Origin: Candidatus Poseidoniales archaeon
Lineage (GTDB): Archaea > Thermoplasmatota > Poseidoniia > Poseidoniales > Poseidoniaceae
DNA length: 45,917 nucleotides
Assembly: GCA_003602635.1 (NCBI GenBank)
Contig: QQSJ01000061.1
Coordinates: 1 to 45,917, forward strand
Direction of reading: 5' to 3'
Shown here piece by piece: positions 44,921-45,917 of the stretch. Made by a program: the position numbers and the translations under genes. Position 1 is the first letter of the stretch; each line of letters begins with the position of its first letter. The notes beneath the pieces were generated by a model that saw only the letters and a program-made list of their open reading frames with translations, was not told the origin of the DNA and did no database searches.

Positions 44921-45917
44921 GCGAAGAAGGCTTTGTTGAGGGGGTTGAACAACCCGCTGAGGCCGAGAAAGAAGTGGAAGCACCGATCCGCCGTGCCGTC
45001 AAACGACGTGTTCCGAAGCGCCGTGGAAAGGATGGAAAGGCACGTCGTCCCAAACGTCGCCGAAAGAAGAAGCCGGCCCTTCGAGAAATCGAGGAGCTGC
45101 CTTCGTTGACGTACCTGATCGGAGGCGAACAAGCACGCTGGTTGATTCCAGCGGCGTTTGCGGCCATGCTGCTGTTGTCTGCATGGGGCGGCATCATCGA
45201 CTGGCGGCGAGAATACACCGACGTGCCCGAGGGGTTCGATGGAACGCCAAAGGAATACCACAATTGTATCGTGGTCCACAACCTGTACGGTGATCGAAAT
45301 TCGACCTCACACGACCCGTCGCATCCAGACAACATCGCGTGCTCTGAAAAGCACGGCGAGGACCCGAATTACTCCGAACTTGAATACCAAGCTTGGCTGG
45401 ATGAATTCCTGGCCAGTGTGGCCGTGGACACGGGCAACCATTCGGGTTACGTATGGACCGAGGGGGGCATCGCCACGATGGCGTACCTTGGCAGCACCAT
45501 GGGTTCGAACATGAGCGTCTACTACGACCCCGCGCCGGGCGACGAATTCAACGCCACGCACCTCGCCATTTGGAATTCCGCGACCACCGCTTTTGGTGGA
45601 GGGAACGACTCCTTCGCAGACTTGCTTCCCGGTGGAGCCAGTGCCATGTCCATGTACATCGGCGCGGGTGGAATCGTCGAAGACAAGCCGACCGGGTACA
45701 TGTGGACCGAGGTGGGCATTGGGACGATGACGTACCTGTGGGCGTTGAACGGTGCCAACATGAGCATGTACGGGGATCCAGAACCTGGTGACGTGTTTAC
45801 CGAAGCTCATCTTGGCATCTGGAACGGTGCTACGGTTGCCTTCGGCGGTGGAAACGACTCCATGGAGGATCTGCTGCCCGGCGGCGGTACGGCGTTGGCG
45901 CTCTATGTCGGAGCCAC
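44917..45917 (+). CDS. Hypothetical single-TM protein with 83-aa tandem repeats; runs off the window
   Basis: ATGA overlap with the previous stop; own translation is open to the window end (MSEEGFVEG...KRRRKKKPA...TM...repeats). Confidence 0.75.
   Translation, partial: MSEEGFVEGVEQPAEAEKEVEAPIRRAVKRRVPKRRGKDGKARRPKRRRKKKPALREIEELPSLTYLIGGEQARWLIPAAFAAMLLLSAWGGIIDWRREYTDVPEGFDGTPKEYHNCIVVHNLYGDRNSTSHDPSHPDNIACSEKHGEDPNYSELEYQAWLDEFLASVAVDTGNHSGYVWTEGGIATMAYLGSTMGSNMSVYYDPAPGDEFNATHLAIWNSATTAFGGGNDSFADLLPGGASAMSMYIGAGGIVEDKPTGYMWTEVGIGTMTYLWALNGANMSMYGDPEPGDVFTEAHLGIWNGATVAFGGGNDSMEDLLPGGGTALALYVGA
45445..45917 (+). repeat. 249-bp (83-aa) diverged tandem repeat, at least 2 copies
   Basis: GYVWTEGGIATMAYL...HLAIWNSATTAFGGGNDSFADLLPGG from 45445 versus GYMWTEVGIGTMTYL...HLGIWNGATVAFGGGNDSMEDLLPGG from 45694. 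Confidence 0.85.

Overview
High-GC archaeal chromosomal segment. The gene set (GGGP synthase, prefoldin alpha, ribosomal L18Ae/LX, archaeal FtsY context, AlkB, anchored peptidases) best fits Marine Group II Euryarchaeota (Ca. Poseidoniales); this assignment is an inference. The window holds about 41 CDS and one tRNA-Arg(GCG), with no integrase, transposase or CRISPR array. Main blocks: a nonulosonic-acid/surface-glycan cluster (kdsC-like, neuA, neuB, putative transferase, PhyH-type dioxygenase, GT4); a eukaryote-type pyrF; rpl18a-pfdA-ftsY-DUF1844 followed by a pseudo-receiver/EF-hand tail-anchored protein; an S8 protease; a MamK-like actin beside a long segmented coiled-coil protein; GGGPS divergent from an ABC exporter; purL/purQ; a ZIP transporter divergent from a variant NikR with operator-like palindromes; a large Gly-rich surface protein; uvrA; an RluA-family synthase; moeA with a tupA and fused tupBC transporter; an exported M24 peptidase; alkB; and a truncated protein with an 83-aa repeat. 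Best candidates for novelty: (1) the MamK-like actin plus coiled-coil pair as a possible cytoskeletal system, (2) the Ca2+-sensing pseudo-receiver, (3) a window-wide degenerate TATA element (about NTTSAWG) at a fixed distance of about 23 nt upstream of start codons, and (4) the NikR-variant/ZIP metal circuit. All family assignments come from motif recognition by eye; no database searches were run.
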